Source: Eledone cirrhosa
Lineage: Eukaryota
Assembly: GCA_964016885.1 (NCBI GenBank)
Contig: OZ024742.1
Location: 180,544,001 to 180,608,000, forward strand
Length of the DNA stretch: 64,000 nt
Direction: 5' to 3'
This document shows, one piece after another, positions 25,663 through 39,600 of the stretch (its first letter is position 1; the number at the start of each line of letters is the position of its first letter). The notes below the pieces were generated by a model that saw only the letters and a program-made list of their open reading frames with translations, did not search any database and was not told the DNA's origin. Made by a program: the position numbers and the translations under genes.

Positions 25663-25946
25663 AACAAATGGTTCCCAAATTCATTTAGTCATGGAACCTT
25701 TATTCGATTTTCAAAAAATTGTAGTAGCCATATCTATACTTTGAAGACATCATGTCAACTCTAATTTTAATAAGGCATTAAATCAAGCAAAAATATCATA
25801 GAGAGAAATAATTTATTCATATTAAAGTAAAAGTGTTTAACTAATTGATATTAAATTTCATTAATTGACAACTCATCTTGCAGAAACCTAGATTTATTTT
25901 CATAGAACCTTGAAGTTCCCTGGAGTCCTCTTTGGTAAATGCTATT
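25663..25946. mobile_element. hAT-type MITE (degenerate)
   Basis: Ends CAAATGGTTCCCAAA and TTTGGTAAATGCT, with GGAACC-type subterminal motifs. Confidence 0.4.
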
Positions 25947-26699
25947 TGAGATTCCAATATTTCAAGCGGTAACAATTTATTTATTTATTTAATTATCTTC
26001 ATCATGATTTAACATCCTTTTTTCACATTAGCATAGGTTAGGTGAGCTGTCTGGTTGTGACACAAAGCAGGTTAGAGGACTGTGTTTTGCTCACATGAAA
26101 CTGATTTTGAATTGGTTCTATGGCTGGATGCCCTTCCTAATGCCAACCACATGTACATTGTGGTCTGGTACTTTTTGTCATGACACCTACACAACATCTT
26201 TAAAGTTTAGACGGCGCACATTTTATCATGACTCCTATACAACCACTTTATGGTGTGGACTGGAAGCTTTTTGCCATGACACCTACATGACCACTTTACA
26301 GTGTGTACCAGGGAGTTGGGTAGGGAAGATGCATGGGGAATTGGGGAGGTAATTCTATATGGATATACAGTAAAGCTTGTAAGCAATGACAGGGTAAGAA
26401 AAGTATCTCTACTAACTGGTTACAGATTGTTGCACTGTGTGGTGAAGATAGTGGCAGTCGCCTTCATCGATGTGGAATGATGGTAGGGGTGATAATGGTC
26501 ATGGTGGTGAGGGTAGTCGTGGTAGTGTGGTGATGGAAGTAGTTGGTATGATGTTAAATATTGAAACCCTATAAATATAAAACATCTTGGCTCAATTCCA
26601 AACCAGTTATCAACATCTACTGCAAAATTTTATTTCTAAAGAAATAACAATAAATTATTTCACCATCTTGTGTCCGTCTTTACATTTCCAGTGAATATA

Positions 26700-27890
26700 A
26701 GTCTTGCTGCACTGGCTACATAGTACTACACTGGTTAAACATTACAACATAGATTACAGATAGTTGCACTGGTTACATATAACTACACTAGCTACACATT
26801 GCTACATCATCATCACCATTTTACGTCCTTTCTTCCATGTTAGCATGGGTTAGACAAATTGTCCTGTTGTGAGCAATGCCAGGTCAGTTGACTATGTCTT
26901 GCTCATACAGAACTGATTTTGGCTTGGTTTCTACAGCTGGATGCCCTTCCTAATACCAACCTCATATACAGTGAGTACTAGGTGCTTTTTTACTGTGGTA
27001 CCTACATGACCATTTTACAGTGTGGACTGGGTGATTTTTTTTGTTGTGACACCTACATGACCACTTGACAGTGGGGTGGGTTCATACTGTCTATATGCTT
27101 CAGCTTTGGCTTGTATCCGCGGGAAGTCGGGTCTTCTGTATTACTATGTAATGCCAGAGGTCTTGGTTTTGTGTCATCGCCTTTGAGAGGTGCAATTGGG
27201 CACCTCATCCGAGGTCTTCTTGTCTCCCCACTCCAAGGCTTCCATCGACCTTTAGTGCTCTGCACTTTTTTATGCAGCTGTTATCCTTCATACACATCCC
27301 ATGTCCATACCAACGTAATCTTCTGTCCTGCACACAGCATTTGATTCTTCTTATGTCTCTCTCTCTCAATTTGTTTATGCTTTGTCGTTCACGTATATTA
27401 CTATTATACATCCATCAGAATAATGCAAGCTTTATTTCTTTCTAATCTATGCAAGTCTTCTGCACACAACGCCCAGGTTTCACTACCATGCAACATTGTT
27501 GTTCATAGGCATACATCATAGTCTGCCTTTTATTTTGAGGAAAAAGACTTTTGCAGCTAGCAGTGGCAGTAGCTCCCTGAACTTCTTCCATCCCGTTCTT
27601 ACCCTGGTTACTGTACTTCCAGAACACCCACCTCCGCTGCTAATTCAGTCACCTAGGTAGCAGAAGCTGTCTACTGTTTCTATCGAGCCCTCCCAGAATT
27701 TGGTAGTGCTTGTTTCCTGTGGTTGTTTGCTGCTTACACGTATTACTGCAATTGTTACAAATCACTGCACTTGCTACACATTACTGCACTGGTTACAAAT
27801 TATGGCACTGGTTACACAATATGGCACTGGTTACAGATTGTTACACTGGCTACACATTACTGCACTAGCTACATATTACTATACTATTTA
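26700..27890. repeat. ~20-bp minisatellite (ACATTGCTGCACTGGTTAC-like) split by an RTE/SINE insertion
   Basis: The same unit occurs at 26705-26808 and 27735-27885 on both sides of the insert. Confidence 0.7.
27110..27730 (-). mobile_element. RTE LINE 3' fragment
   Basis: Minus frames: FCYLGD, LRER.IRRIKCCVQDRRLRWYGH, CIKKCRALKVDG...GR. Confidence 0.85.
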
Positions 27891-28249
27891 TAGAGTGTAC
27901 TAAAACCAAAAATGGGTTAAATTAATATTTAATGAGTAAAAAAATGAATAATTGGAAAAGTTATCGAGCTATTTATTACAACCACCATCAACATCATGAT
28001 AATGATGATCATCATCATCATCGGAATTTACACCTCTATATTCATTATTATCATCTGTATCATCATCATCATCAACTGAATTGGTGATTAGCAGAATCAA
28101 TAACAGTTTGTGTTATTTAGTTATGACTTTCTACATTCTGAGTTCAAATCCCACTGAGGGCAATTTTGTCTTTCATTCTTCCTAGGTTGATAAAATGTAG
28201 TATCAGTCATGAACTAGTCATGTCTACCTCTAGGTCTCCTCATGGTTGG

Positions 28250-28520
28250 TTGTGCCTGTAAAATCCTTCCAGCGATTCTTTCTTGAAACATTCTAACATG
28301 TCTATTATTAGAGTGGCAATCTCTCAATTTGGAAAAGTAGTGGCTCCTTGATCTTCAAACTATGCCCTATATCAAGTAACATTACTCCAAAGACCCTTCA
28401 GATGAACCCCGTTTTGGCTGCTTGTATTCATGATTGTATTCTTTCAGTCAATACTCAAGGTTTATGACCATAGGCAAGAGTTGACACAAATACCAAATTG
28501 AAGTCTTCGCAGCACTGATT
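28250..28520 (-). mobile_element. Rex3/Expander-like RTE fragment (degenerate)
   Basis: Minus frame ...IQAAKTGFI*RVFGVMLLD...EPLLFQIER, resembling the RIQAAEMSFLRRVAG...EPLLLHIER pattern. Confidence 0.55.
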
Positions 28521-28954
28521 TTCTTATCTGCATGTGTGTGTGTGTGTGTGTCATCATCATCATCATCATGGTTTAACGTCTATCTTCTATGCTAGCATGG
28601 GTTAGACGGGAATTGTCCCACTTGATGCACGATTGGTCGGGTGACTGTGTCTCACTCGTATAGTACTATCTGGCAGGTTTTCTACGGCTGGATGCCCTTC
28701 CTAACACCAACCACATTTACAGTGTGGACTGAGAGCTTTTTACCATGTTACCTACACAACCACATTAAAGCATGGACTGTGTGTTTTTTTTTTTTTGCTG
28801 TGCCACCTACACAACCTCATTAGTTTGGATTGGATATTGTGGTACCAACATAACTTTATATAGAAAGGGTGGTGTTAGCGGAAGTGGAAGGATGGAGTAG
28901 GGATAGTGGGTTGGGGTGTATGTTTGGTTTGGAGGGGCCTACTGACTGTAGATT

Positions 28955-29630
28955 AACTTTGTGCATAGGGAAGGTGGGTCTTCTGTATTACTACTTGGTG
29001 CCAAAGATCTCGATCCAGTGACATTGTCTTAGAGAGGAGTAAGTGTGCAAGGTCGGAATTTATCATGTTGTCCCAGGTTTTTCTGGGTCTAACTATGCCG
29101 TAACTTCCATCAATCTTGATTGCCCTGCACTTTCTTATACAGTTGTCGTCTTTCATGTGCATCACGTGACCATACCAACGTAATCTTCTCTCAAGTAAAC
29201 AGCATCTGATCCCTCTTATTCCTAATTTCTCACTTAGTTCATTTATGTTTTGCAGTTCATGTATATTACTATTCACATCAAACGTAGCATGCATGCTTTG
29301 TTCCTTTCCAGTCTGCGCAGGTCCTCTGCACGTAATGCCCATGTCTCACTGCCATGTAACATTGCTGTTCGTATATAGGCATCATACAATCTGCCTTTCA
29401 TTTTCAAAGAGAAACTTTTGTGACCAACAGCGGTAGAAGCTCTCAGAACTTTTTCCATCCCATTCTAACTCTGGCTACTGTAATTTCAGAGCACCCTTCA
29501 TCACTGCTGATTTTGTCACCCAGGTAACGGAAAGTGTCTACTATTTCTATAGAACCATCTGAGCAGTAGAAGGAGCTAGTTACCTGTCCATACTTGCTAC
29601 TTATTGCACCTGAGCATCAGCCACATATAA
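28955..29630 (-). mobile_element. RTE LINE 3' fragment
   Basis: KGRLYDAYIRTAMLHGSETWALRAEDLRRLERN and RRLRWYGHVMHMKDD..IRKC...RPRKTWD. Confidence 0.9.
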
Positions 29631-29971
29631 AATCTACGTTATATATATATATGCAGATGAATTAAAAATAATATTGGAGTAGGTTGGGTAAAGTACCCCT
29701 GGAGACACCTGTTGCAATCAAATTATACCTCAGTCATACCATAATGGCTAAAGGTACTCAGTCTGTATATGACACATGTGATTTGATTCCTATAGGTGAT
29801 TATCTGCAATTTTGTTTTCCATTTCCAGGGGCATTTTGCCCAACTCATTCAAGTGTTATTTTTAGTTCATCTGCATTATGGCTGCCTTGAAATAGCAAAA
29901 CATATTTTAAAATTTCCTTAATATTTTGTAAACAAAACAATGTTTTTATACATATTATTTATGTTGCTGTG

Positions 29972-30021
<50 letters not shown>

Positions 30022-30942
30022 TATATAATAAGTGACAATATATATTCTAGCTATAAATATTCAATGATTTGAATAGATATGTCAACAAGTTTTATTATGT
30101 ACACTTGTCTCTTCCTTATTGAATTATTTCTCTCTAATTTCCTGGAAAGTTGCCATGTTTGTTTCTTTAGAGACAGATGAAGGAGGAATATTTAAGAAAT
30201 AAGAAATAACTAAATTTCATTTATTTTCTGGCTGTTTTTGTTTAGCCCTATGTCAGCCCTGGCTAAGCAGATCTCTGATCAAAATCATTCCAGCCTTGTT
30301 CAACCTGTCTATCTTAGTTTTATTGCCCACACTCTAAAGTGGTTGTGTAGGTGTCATTACAAAAAGTACCTTGCCCACACTGTAAAGTGGTCATGTAGGT
30401 GTTACGACAAAAAGGACCCAGCCAACACTGTAAAGTGGTCAGGTAGGTGTCATGACAAAATGCACCCAGCACACACTGTAAATGTGGTGTTAGAAAGGGC
30501 ATCCAGTCATAGAAACCTAGCCAGAAACAGTTCTCTATGAGTAATATATAGTCACCTAACACAACTTACCTCAAATGGGCCCACTCATCTAACCCATGCT
30601 AGCGTGGAAAATGGATGTTAAACGATGATGATGTTCCTAGTGGAAGGAAGCTGTGTAAAAGACCATGAAAGATGTATGCAGAGGTGGTGACAGCTGACTT
30701 TATGTAACTACATCTCGCAAAGAAAAGGATAATGGAAAGTGACAAGTGGAGGGAAGCTGGAGAATAGGAAGACTTTGTAAGACGTAGGTAGCGCTGGTGA
30801 AAGCTGACTTTAACTACCGCTCACAAAGAGACAAATGGAGATATGTTGTGCTTGAGGGAATTTATCTAACTCATGCAAACATGGAAAAATGAGTATAAAA
30901 ATGATAATGGTTATGATATATTTTAGACTATATTATCTAAGG

Positions 30943-31253
30943 CAGTGCTTCTCAAACTATCTGATGTGGCGGACCAACATTTTTTTTTTCAATGTGCTAC
31001 GTACCGCTAATATTTTGTAGTAATATTAATTTATACCGGAAACGATATATATAATGAATATAATAATAGTTGACCATTTATTTATCTTCTATTTATTTTG
31101 TAAACAAATAATACAATATCAAAACATATAAAAAAGTAATAAAAAAAATTCCTCAAATGATTCCTTAGCATGGCCTGGATACTGGCCGTGTACCAGTAGC
31201 TGATGGCTCACATACTGGCACCAGTCCACGGACCACCACTTTGAGTAGCACTG
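30943..31253. mobile_element. hAT MITE with an 8-bp TSD
   Basis: TIRs CAGTGCTTCTCAAA / TTTGAGTAGCACTG; ATCTAAGG is duplicated on both sides. Confidence 0.9.
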
Positions 31254-31940
31254 ATCTAAGGTATCATTTTCCATTTTGTATATGGTAAGGTGTGATTTAA
31301 AGGAGATTTGGCTGGTTTTGTTACTTCACAGACATATTTTCATTATCCCTTGTACTTGGGTGTGCTCTTAGCCGATAAGAAGCATTATAGAATCCTTTGG
31401 TTTCCTTATGGATGTCTTGTAAGTATTGTGATAGTTGGTGGATAGCTTCAAGTTGAGGATGTTCAGTGGTTTACTGAAGGTGTTTTAGGCAGTATTATTC
31501 ATCTCAGTGCATTTCAGTAGTAATGAACTAAGCAAATCCTAAAAGTTCATTCAGTGAAAGATGTGGTGGAAGATATCTAGAAGCATGCTATCAAACCACG
31601 TGCTTTGATGTCTTAGACGACTTTGAATGAAACATATTTGCTGCCAAGATTGGTTAGTATAATACTGGCTGATCCTTGACCAGATAACTCACTTAGAGTA
31701 CTTCTCAGTTGAAATGATTATAAGTCAGTCAATAACAAGAATAAATCATCAGGCAGTTTATATTTGGCAATATGTTTTTGAAAAAAAAAAAAAAAGATAT
31801 GGTAAAACACCAGATATCATATCAATTAATTAATTCTATCTATAATAACATTTATTTTTGTTTTAAAATAAACATTGATTTATAATGGTTTTTAAGTAAC
31901 CAAAGGATTTACATGATTTTTAAGGATTTTAGTGAAGAAT

Positions 31941-32040
31941 AATTGTTTCTACTTTTGGCACGAGGCCAGCAATTACCCAGTGCATTACTGGTACTTTATT
32001 TTATCGACCCCCGTAAGGATGAAAGGCAAAGTTAACCTCG
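31941..32040 (-). mobile_element. 5'-truncated Nin-SINE with a 19-bp TSD
   Basis: Nin core plus tail; GATTTTAGTGAAGAATAAT at 31925-31943 and 32040-32058. Confidence 0.9.
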
Positions 32041-32135
32041 ATTTTAGTGAAGAATAATGAGATCTAATATGATTGGAATAATAGTCTAATGGTTTAAAAT
32101 TCTATGTTCTCCTTTGGCTATATATTCATATTTAT

Positions 32136-32331
32136 ATGAGGATTGGCTAAAAAGTTCAAAGGTTGTCTAGGTACTCTTATGTAATGCCCAAATGAGGTTT
32201 ATTTTTCAACATAGTCCCTGGAGAGAAATAATGCAGTTATTAATAAGAGTTGAAATTAATACATGCAAGATTTTACAGCTCTAGCATAACTCCTTCATAG
32301 TGAGCTTATGAACTTTTCAGCCTACCTTCAT
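32136..32331. mobile_element. mariner-type MITE
   Basis: TA-TGAGGATTGGCTAAAAAGTTCA ... TGAACTTTTCAGCCTACCTTCA-TA imperfect TIRs. Confidence 0.7.
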
Positions 32332-33026
32332 ATATAGTCCTGTATGAGCAAAACATGGTCACCTGACATGGCATTGCCCACAACAGGTCTAACCCATGCT
32401 AGCATGGAAACATTGACGTAAAACAGTGATGATGATGATGATGATTGCCCTCGCTACACTGTCATTTAACATACACATTTCTTTGGCTGCCTCTTTCAGT
32501 TATTTGTAAATCAGGTTCCCAATTATGAGGATGGAAAGTAGAATAGATGTATTTTGTCAAGACTAATAGTATTCAGTTCTATAACTGTTATCATCATCAT
32601 CATCATCATTATTTAACGTCCATTTGCCCATGCTGCTATGTGTTAGACAAGTTATCCTGTTGTGAGCAATGCCAAGTCAGGTGACCTTGTCATGCTCATA
32701 CAGAACCAAATTTTGGTTTGGTTTCTACAGCTGGATGCTCCTCCTAGTGCCAACCACATTTACAGTGAGTACTGGGTGCTTTTTGTCATGATGCATACAC
32801 AGCCACTTTACTGTGTGGGCTGGGCTGTTTTTGCTGTGTCGCCATCATGACCAGTTTACAGTGCGGGTTTGAGGCTGCTCTGGATGTATACATCAGCTTA
32901 TCCTCATGGGAGATGTATGGGAGTGAGTGGGGTGGTGCATACTATATATATATATATGCTTCAGCTTGAGCTCTGCCTCGGGGTCATATTTTTTCCTATA
33001 TATATTTATATATATATATATATATA

Positions 33027-34331
33027 CAGGGTGCAGACGATATTTGGTTGCAAGATTTCTGTCTAGGAAAAAATAACAAGGTAGTTTTATTTTTTAAGAT
33101 ATATTTATCAAACTTGGGTCAGTTTGTCTTCATGACTTGTTCTTTCGATCTCACTTGATAAACCCGCCATTGGCTTTGATGACGGCCTCAAGGCGGCCTC
33201 GGAACCGTCTATAGGCCTTCGTCACTGTCCCCCGACTTAGGCCCCTAAAGGCATTTGTGATCCTGGCCTTCAGATCGACTTTCGCATTGCAGCTAGATCT
33301 GTTGGTGTCTCGTTCCACTGCGCCCCACACAAAGAAGTCGAGGGGGTTGCAGTCAGGCGAGCTGGGAGGCCAGATGTCAGATGAAGTGTGGTCGATGAAG
33401 TTCTCTGACAGCCAGGTTTGGGTCTTTTGGCTGGGATGGCAGGGCGCTGAGTCTTGCTGCTACACGTACGGCCTACCTGCAGCTACCTGGTCGATCCAGG
33501 GCTTTACTACCTTGCTCAGAACGTGGATGTAACCATCGGTGTTCAGCTTGAGGCCCTCAGGGAAGAAGTGAGGTGGCATGACGTTACCTTGACTGCTGAA
33601 GACACCTATGACCAATGTTGTCGCTGGAAACTGTGTCTGCATGACTCTGGGCACGTCTTTGGATGAAACAGCGAGCCACCTGTTGTTCTGGGAGTTGATC
33701 TTCTGGTCTTGGCAGAAGTTTTTCTCGTCGGAGAAAAACCACAGCATGTCTGGCTCCAATGGGTGTTTCAACTTGTTGATCAGCTTTTTTGCGTGCTTCA
33801 GTCGCTTTTCTTGCATCGCCTTTGACAGAAATTGTCCTTTCCTCATCATGTATGAAACGTAGCGAATGTCTTTATGTACCACCAGCCTAATGAGCTTTTC
33901 ATCCATGCCTTTCTCCCTTGCAATGGCATGCATAGACTTGCTAGGTTCATTGTTGATGATATCCTGAACTTCATCGATAAACTCGGGCATTCTGAAGGCG
34001 TCAGATCGTCGATCATGTGTTTTCCTCTCTAATGTTGCTTCGTAGTCGAATCCCGAATCTTCAAATTCCTTTCTGACCTTTTCCATCTTTCTCCTGCTGA
34101 CGCTGAGAAAGTCTGAAATTTCTTTATTTGTCCTCCCGGCGCGGATTCTAAGATGAACTCTATGTCTCTTCCACAAATTTGGAGGTACAAAATTATTCAT
34201 AATCAATTATTCTGAAAATAAATCATGGAAATATAGTCACTGTTTTTATGAAGACAAGAGTGACAACGGAAGTAAAAAAAATGTGCATAAAATTAGCAGT
34301 TGAAAGCTGAACAAATATCGTCCACACCCTG
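33027..34331 (-). mobile_element. Full-length Tc1/mariner transposon of the DD37D (maT) family in (TA)n
   Basis: TIRs CAGGGTGCAGACGATATTTG / CAAATATCGTCCACACCCTG flanked by TA; 1305 bp. Confidence 0.93.
33151..34206 (-). pseudogene. DD37D transposase with a single in-frame stop (TAG at 33460-33462)
   Basis: WFFSDEKNF...PYV*QQDSAPCH...WPPSSPDCNPLDFFVWG...RLEAVIKANGGFIK*, with 37 residues between the 2nd and 3rd catalytic Asp. Confidence 0.92.
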
Positions 34332-34341
34332 TATATATATA

Positions 34342-34475
34342 TAGTAATAATAATAAATGTGAAGACTAAAATCCAAATAAGAAAAAATATATATCAAATA
34401 TATAAGAACAATAGAGCAAATATTTCAGAAGATCCCGTTAAGGATGAAAGCAACATTTCTTTGCTTAAACTTTAA

Positions 34476-34477
<2 letters not shown>
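34342..34477. mobile_element. Small hammerhead-bearing TA-associated element (copy 1, internally inverted)
   Basis: The reverse-oriented terminus AGTAATAATAATAAATGTGAAGACTAAAATCC is joined to forward TTT-CAGAAGA-TCCCGTTAAGGA-T-GAAA-GCA...TGC-TT-AAAC. Confidence 0.65.
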
Positions 34478-34530
<53 letters not shown>

Positions 34531-34608
34531 AGATCAAAAGATGGTTAAAGGAGTTCCATATATTTTATTATGCGCATTTAATGTACTACAATAAAACTCA
34601 CCTCCTAC

Positions 34609-34671
<63 letters not shown>

Positions 34672-35139
34672 ATGTGTATATATGTGTGTGTGTGTGTGTA
34701 TGTGTATATATGTGTGTGTGTGTGTGTGTGAGTGTATATGGATATGTGTGTGTATATGTATGTATATGTGTGCATATGTGTTTGTGTGTGTATGTGTGTA
34801 TGTGTGTGTACGTATGTATATATATATATGTGTGTGTATATATGTATGTACTTATGTGTTTGTGTATATTCTACATATATACATATATAACTTTATAATA
34901 TACTTTGACTCCTTAACGCACCACTTAATAGAGATATTTTAATTAACTACCAACATGAGGGCTAACAATATGCAAATTTGTACATCCATTTCCAGATACT
35001 ACAGTAAGTTATAGGGTATATAAGCCCTTTGACTATGCATTACCTTGTGGTTGTTTAGACGATATACATGCTTTCTGGTGAAAGTCCAATTAGGTGTTAA
35101 ATGTATTAATCATTTATTTTTTATTTATACTCTTGCAGC

Positions 35140-35420
35140 TACATGGTGCAGTCTATGACTAATCCAGGCTCAGTTGCACATTGGACTGTGGAGGATAAAC
35201 TCTCCAAATATCGGTCACTCTCCGACAGGTTTGCGGTCGAGTCAATAGCAGTGGAGACTTCTGGTGTTCTTGGCCCTAGCACCACCTCCCTAATCCCCAT
35301 CATTGACACTGGCTTGGCTGCCTGCCCACAAGTTTGAGTCTCACGACTTGGAATGGCTCTTCCAATGTGTTTCACTCACCATCTTCCAGGGAAACACCTC
35401 TATTTTGTTTCCCAGGACCA
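35140..35420 (+). mobile_element. CRE-clade non-LTR retrotransposon, restriction-like endonuclease C-terminal remnant
   Basis: PGSVA...EDKLSKYRSLSDRF...IAVETSGVLGP, then WLFQCVSLTIFQGN in another frame (consensus FLxQRLSxAIQRGN). Confidence 0.8.
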
Positions 35421-35520
35421 TGGAGCACATTGGCTCCCATTTGCACATAATAATGAAAGATGGGGAGAGTGAAAGTGACAGAGGCAGTGAGTGAGAGAGA
35501 GAGAGAGAACATCAACCTGT

Positions 35521-35553
<33 letters not shown>

Positions 35554-35733
35554 GAGACTAAAAAATGCCATAAATTGTCAAACAAGCATTCTGAACATTG
35601 TGTATTGACTTAGAGGGATGAATATGTTTGGCATGTTTACATGTCAACATACTGAATGTTTGTATTTATATACACTATTCTGTATATATACAGATATAAA
35701 TTTATCATATTCTTTGGTTTCCTAGCATACACT

Positions 35734-35764
<31 letters not shown>

Positions 35765-36624
35765 TTTCACACATTATATATATAGAGAGAAATGCAGAAA
35801 TCATCATCATTCAATGGACATTAAATTATATATGTGTGTATGTGTGTGTGTGTGTTACTTCTCTTTTGTTTTTACTGCATCACATAGCTGTCATAGGAAT
35901 ATCTTATTTTTTTCTTTCCCAAAGCCATATAAAGGTGTCAGAAACTTCAAGATGGCCTTTGTCATTCAATAAATCAGTTTAGATGAAGACTTGATTTTGA
36001 GGGTGTTATTAGATTAAATTTTCTCACATTTTGAAGTGTTGCTAAGGAGTGGAACAAATTTTCCTGGGATAGATTTATAGTCAAGTCAAAAGCAACAAGG
36101 CAGAAATTCTTTTGAGACATTTTATCGCTCAAATGAACAGTCCAATATACTATAGAGGTTTAAAGAATTAGACAGATTGGATTCACATATCTCTTTTTAA
36201 TAATGAGCTCTTTAAGACGCTTAACTCTTTCATAACCATAATTCTAATGACAGACACTACCTATTGTTTTGTGAATGTGCGTGGCTTAGTAGTTAGAAAG
36301 TTGTATTCACAATCACGAGGTTGCGAGTTCAATTCTCAGACCGGGTGATGCGTTGTGTCCTTGAGTAAGATACTTTATTTCAAGTTGTTACTTTTGCCAG
36401 GAGTTGCAACTGATAGATAATATCAGCAATGGAAAGACCAATGGAAATTATTTCTTTGGTCCAATTTAATGAGGTCCACCCCACTTAGTAAGAAAATGAG
36501 GTCAGGAATCCTGTTGATTGATCAGAGCAAGAGCGATAGTTTTCAAATAATTTTCAAAATAATCGGGAATTTGGGGCCTGTTTGAAAAATAAATTGCAAT
36601 CTCTATGTAACACTGTAAGAAGTG

Positions 36625-39600
36625 TGCAGTGTGTCCATGTTGACAGAGGGGCTGAGCTGTCAACTGATAACTATCTAATTATCTGCAGTGTGTCCATGTT
36701 GACAGAGGGGCTGAACTGTCAACTGATGGCTATCTAATTATCTGCAGTGTGTCCATGTTGACAGAGAGGCTGAGCTGTCAACTGATGGCTATCTAATTAT
36801 CTGCAGTGTGTCCATGTTGACAGAGGGGCTGAGCTGTCAACTGATGACTATCTAATTATCTGCAGTGTTGTCCATGTTGACAAAGAGGCTGAGCTGTCAA
36901 CTGATGACTATCTAATTATCTGCAGTGTATCCATGTTGACAGAGAGGCTGAGATGTCAACTGATGACTATCTAATTATCTGCATTGTTGTCCATGTTGAC
37001 AGAGAGGCTGAGCTGTCAACTGATGACTATCTAATTATCTGCAGTGTGTCCATGTTGACAGAGGGGCTGAGCTGTCAACTGATGGCTATCTAATTATCTG
37101 CAGTGTGTCCATGTTGACAGAGGGGCTGAACTGTCAACTGATGACTATCTAATTATCTGCAGTGTGTCCATGTTGACAGAGAGGCTGAACTGTCAACTGA
37201 TGACTATCTAATTATCTGCAGTGTGTCCATGTTGACAGAGGGGCTGAGCTGTCAACTGATGGCTATCTAATTATCTGCAGTGTGTCCATGTTGACAGAGG
37301 GGCTGAGCTGTCAACTGATGGCTATCTAATTATCTGCAGTGTGTCCATGTTGACAGAGAGGCTGAGCTGTCAACTGATGGCTATCTAATTATCTGCAGTG
37401 TGTCCATGTTGACAGAGGGGCTGAGCTGTCAACTGATGACTATCTAATTATCTGCAGTGTGTCCATGTTGACAGAGGGGCTGAACTGTCAACTGATGGCT
37501 ATCTAATTATCTGCAGTGTGTCCATGTTGACAGAGGGGCTGAACTGTCAACTGGTGACTATCTAATTATCTGCAGTGTGTCCATGTTGACAGTTGACAGA
37601 GGGGCTGAGCTGTCAACTGATGACTATCTAATTATCTGCAGTGTGTCCATGTTGACAGAGGGGCTGAGCTGTCAACTGATGACTATCTAATTATCTGCAG
37701 TGTGTCCATGTTGACAGAGGGGCTGAACTGTCAACTGATGGCTATCTAATTATCTGCAGTGTGTCCATGTTGACAGAGGGGCTGAAATGTCAATTGATGA
37801 CTATCTAATTATCTGCAGTGTTTCCATGTTGACAGAGAGGCTGAGCTGTCAACTGATGGCTATCTAATTATCTGCAGTGTGTCCATGTTGACAGAGGGGC
37901 TGAACTGTCAACTGATGACTATCTAATTATCTGCAGTGTGTCCATGTTGACAGAGGGGCTGAACTGTCAACTGATGGCTATCTAATTATCTGCAGTGTGT
38001 CCATGTTGACAGAGAGGCTGAGCTGTCAACTGATGACTATCTAATTATCTGCAGTGTGTCCATGTTGACAGAGGGGCTGAACTGTCAACTGATGGCTATC
38101 TAATTATCTGCAGTGTGTCCATGTTGACAGAGGGGCTGAACTGTCAACTGATGGCTATCTAATTATCTGCAGTGTGTCCATGTTGACAGAGGGGCTGAAC
38201 TGTCAACTGATGACTATCTAATTATCTGCAGTGTGTCCATGTTGACAGAGAGGCTGAGCTGTCAACTGATGACTATCTAATTATCTGCAGTGTTGTCCAT
38301 GTTGACAGAGAGGCTGAGCTGTCAACTGATGACTATCTAATTATCTGCAGTGTGTACATGTTGACAGAGGGGCTGAACTGTCAACTGATGGCTATCTAAT
38401 TATCTGCAGTGTGTCCATGTTGACAGAGGGGTTGAACTGTCAACTGGTGACTATCTAATTATCTGCAGTGTGTCCATGTTGACAGAGAGGCTGAGCTGTC
38501 AACTGATGACTATCTAATTATCTGCAGTGTGTACATGTTGACAGAGGGGCTGAACTGTCAACTGATGGCTATCTAATTATCTGCAGTGTGTCCATGTTGA
38601 CAGAGGGGCTGAACTGTCAACTGATGGCTATCTAATTATCTGCAGTGTGTCCATGTTGACCGAGGGGCTGAGCTGTCAACTGATGACTATCTAATTATCT
38701 GCAGTGTTGTCCATGTTGACAGAGAGGCTGAGCTGTCAACTGATGACTATCTAATTATCTGCAGTGTGTACATGTTGACAGAGGGGCTGAACTGTCAACT
38801 GATGGCTATCTAATTATCTGCAGTGTTGTCCATGTTGACAGAGAGGCTGAGCTGTCAACTGATGACTATCTAATTATCTGCAGTGTGTCCATGTTGACAG
38901 AGGGGCTGAACTGTCAACTGATGACTATCTAATTATCTGCAGTGTGTCCATGTTGACAGAGAGGCTGAGCTGTCAACTGATGACTATCTAATTATCTGCA
39001 GTGTGTCCATGTTGACAGAGGGGCTGAACTGTCAACTGATGGCTATTTAATTATCTGCAGTGTGTCCATGTTGACAGAGGGGCTGAACTGTCAACTGATG
39101 GCTATCTAATTATCTGCAGTGTGTCCATGTTGACAGAGGGGCTGAACTGTCAACTGATGACTATCTAATTATCTGCAGTGTGTCCATGTTGACAGAGAGG
39201 CTGAGCTGTCAACTGATGACTATCTAATTATCTGCAGTGTTGTCCATGTTGACAGAGAGGCTGAGCTGTCAACTGATGACTATCTAATTATCTGCAGTGT
39301 GTACATGTTGACAGAGGGGCTGAACCCTCAACTGATGGCTATCTAATTATCTGCAGTGTGTCCATGTTGACAGAGGGGCTGAACTGTCAACTGGTGACTA
39401 TCTAATTATCTGCAGTGTGTCCATGTTGACAGAGAGGCTGAGCTGTCAACTGATGACTATCTAATTATCTGCAGTGTGTACATGGTGACAGAGGGGCTGA
39501 ACTGTCAACTGATGGCTATCTAATTATCTGCAGTGTGTCCATGTTGACAGAGAGGCTGAGCTGTCAACTGGTGACTATCTAATCTGCAGTGTGTCCATGT

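Noticed and set aside
34581-34942. YI/CV-rich ORFs here and at 13105-13606, 13733-14044, 42396-42864, 46722-47053 and 52070-52713
   Set aside because: They are translations of (TA)n and (TG)n microsatellites.
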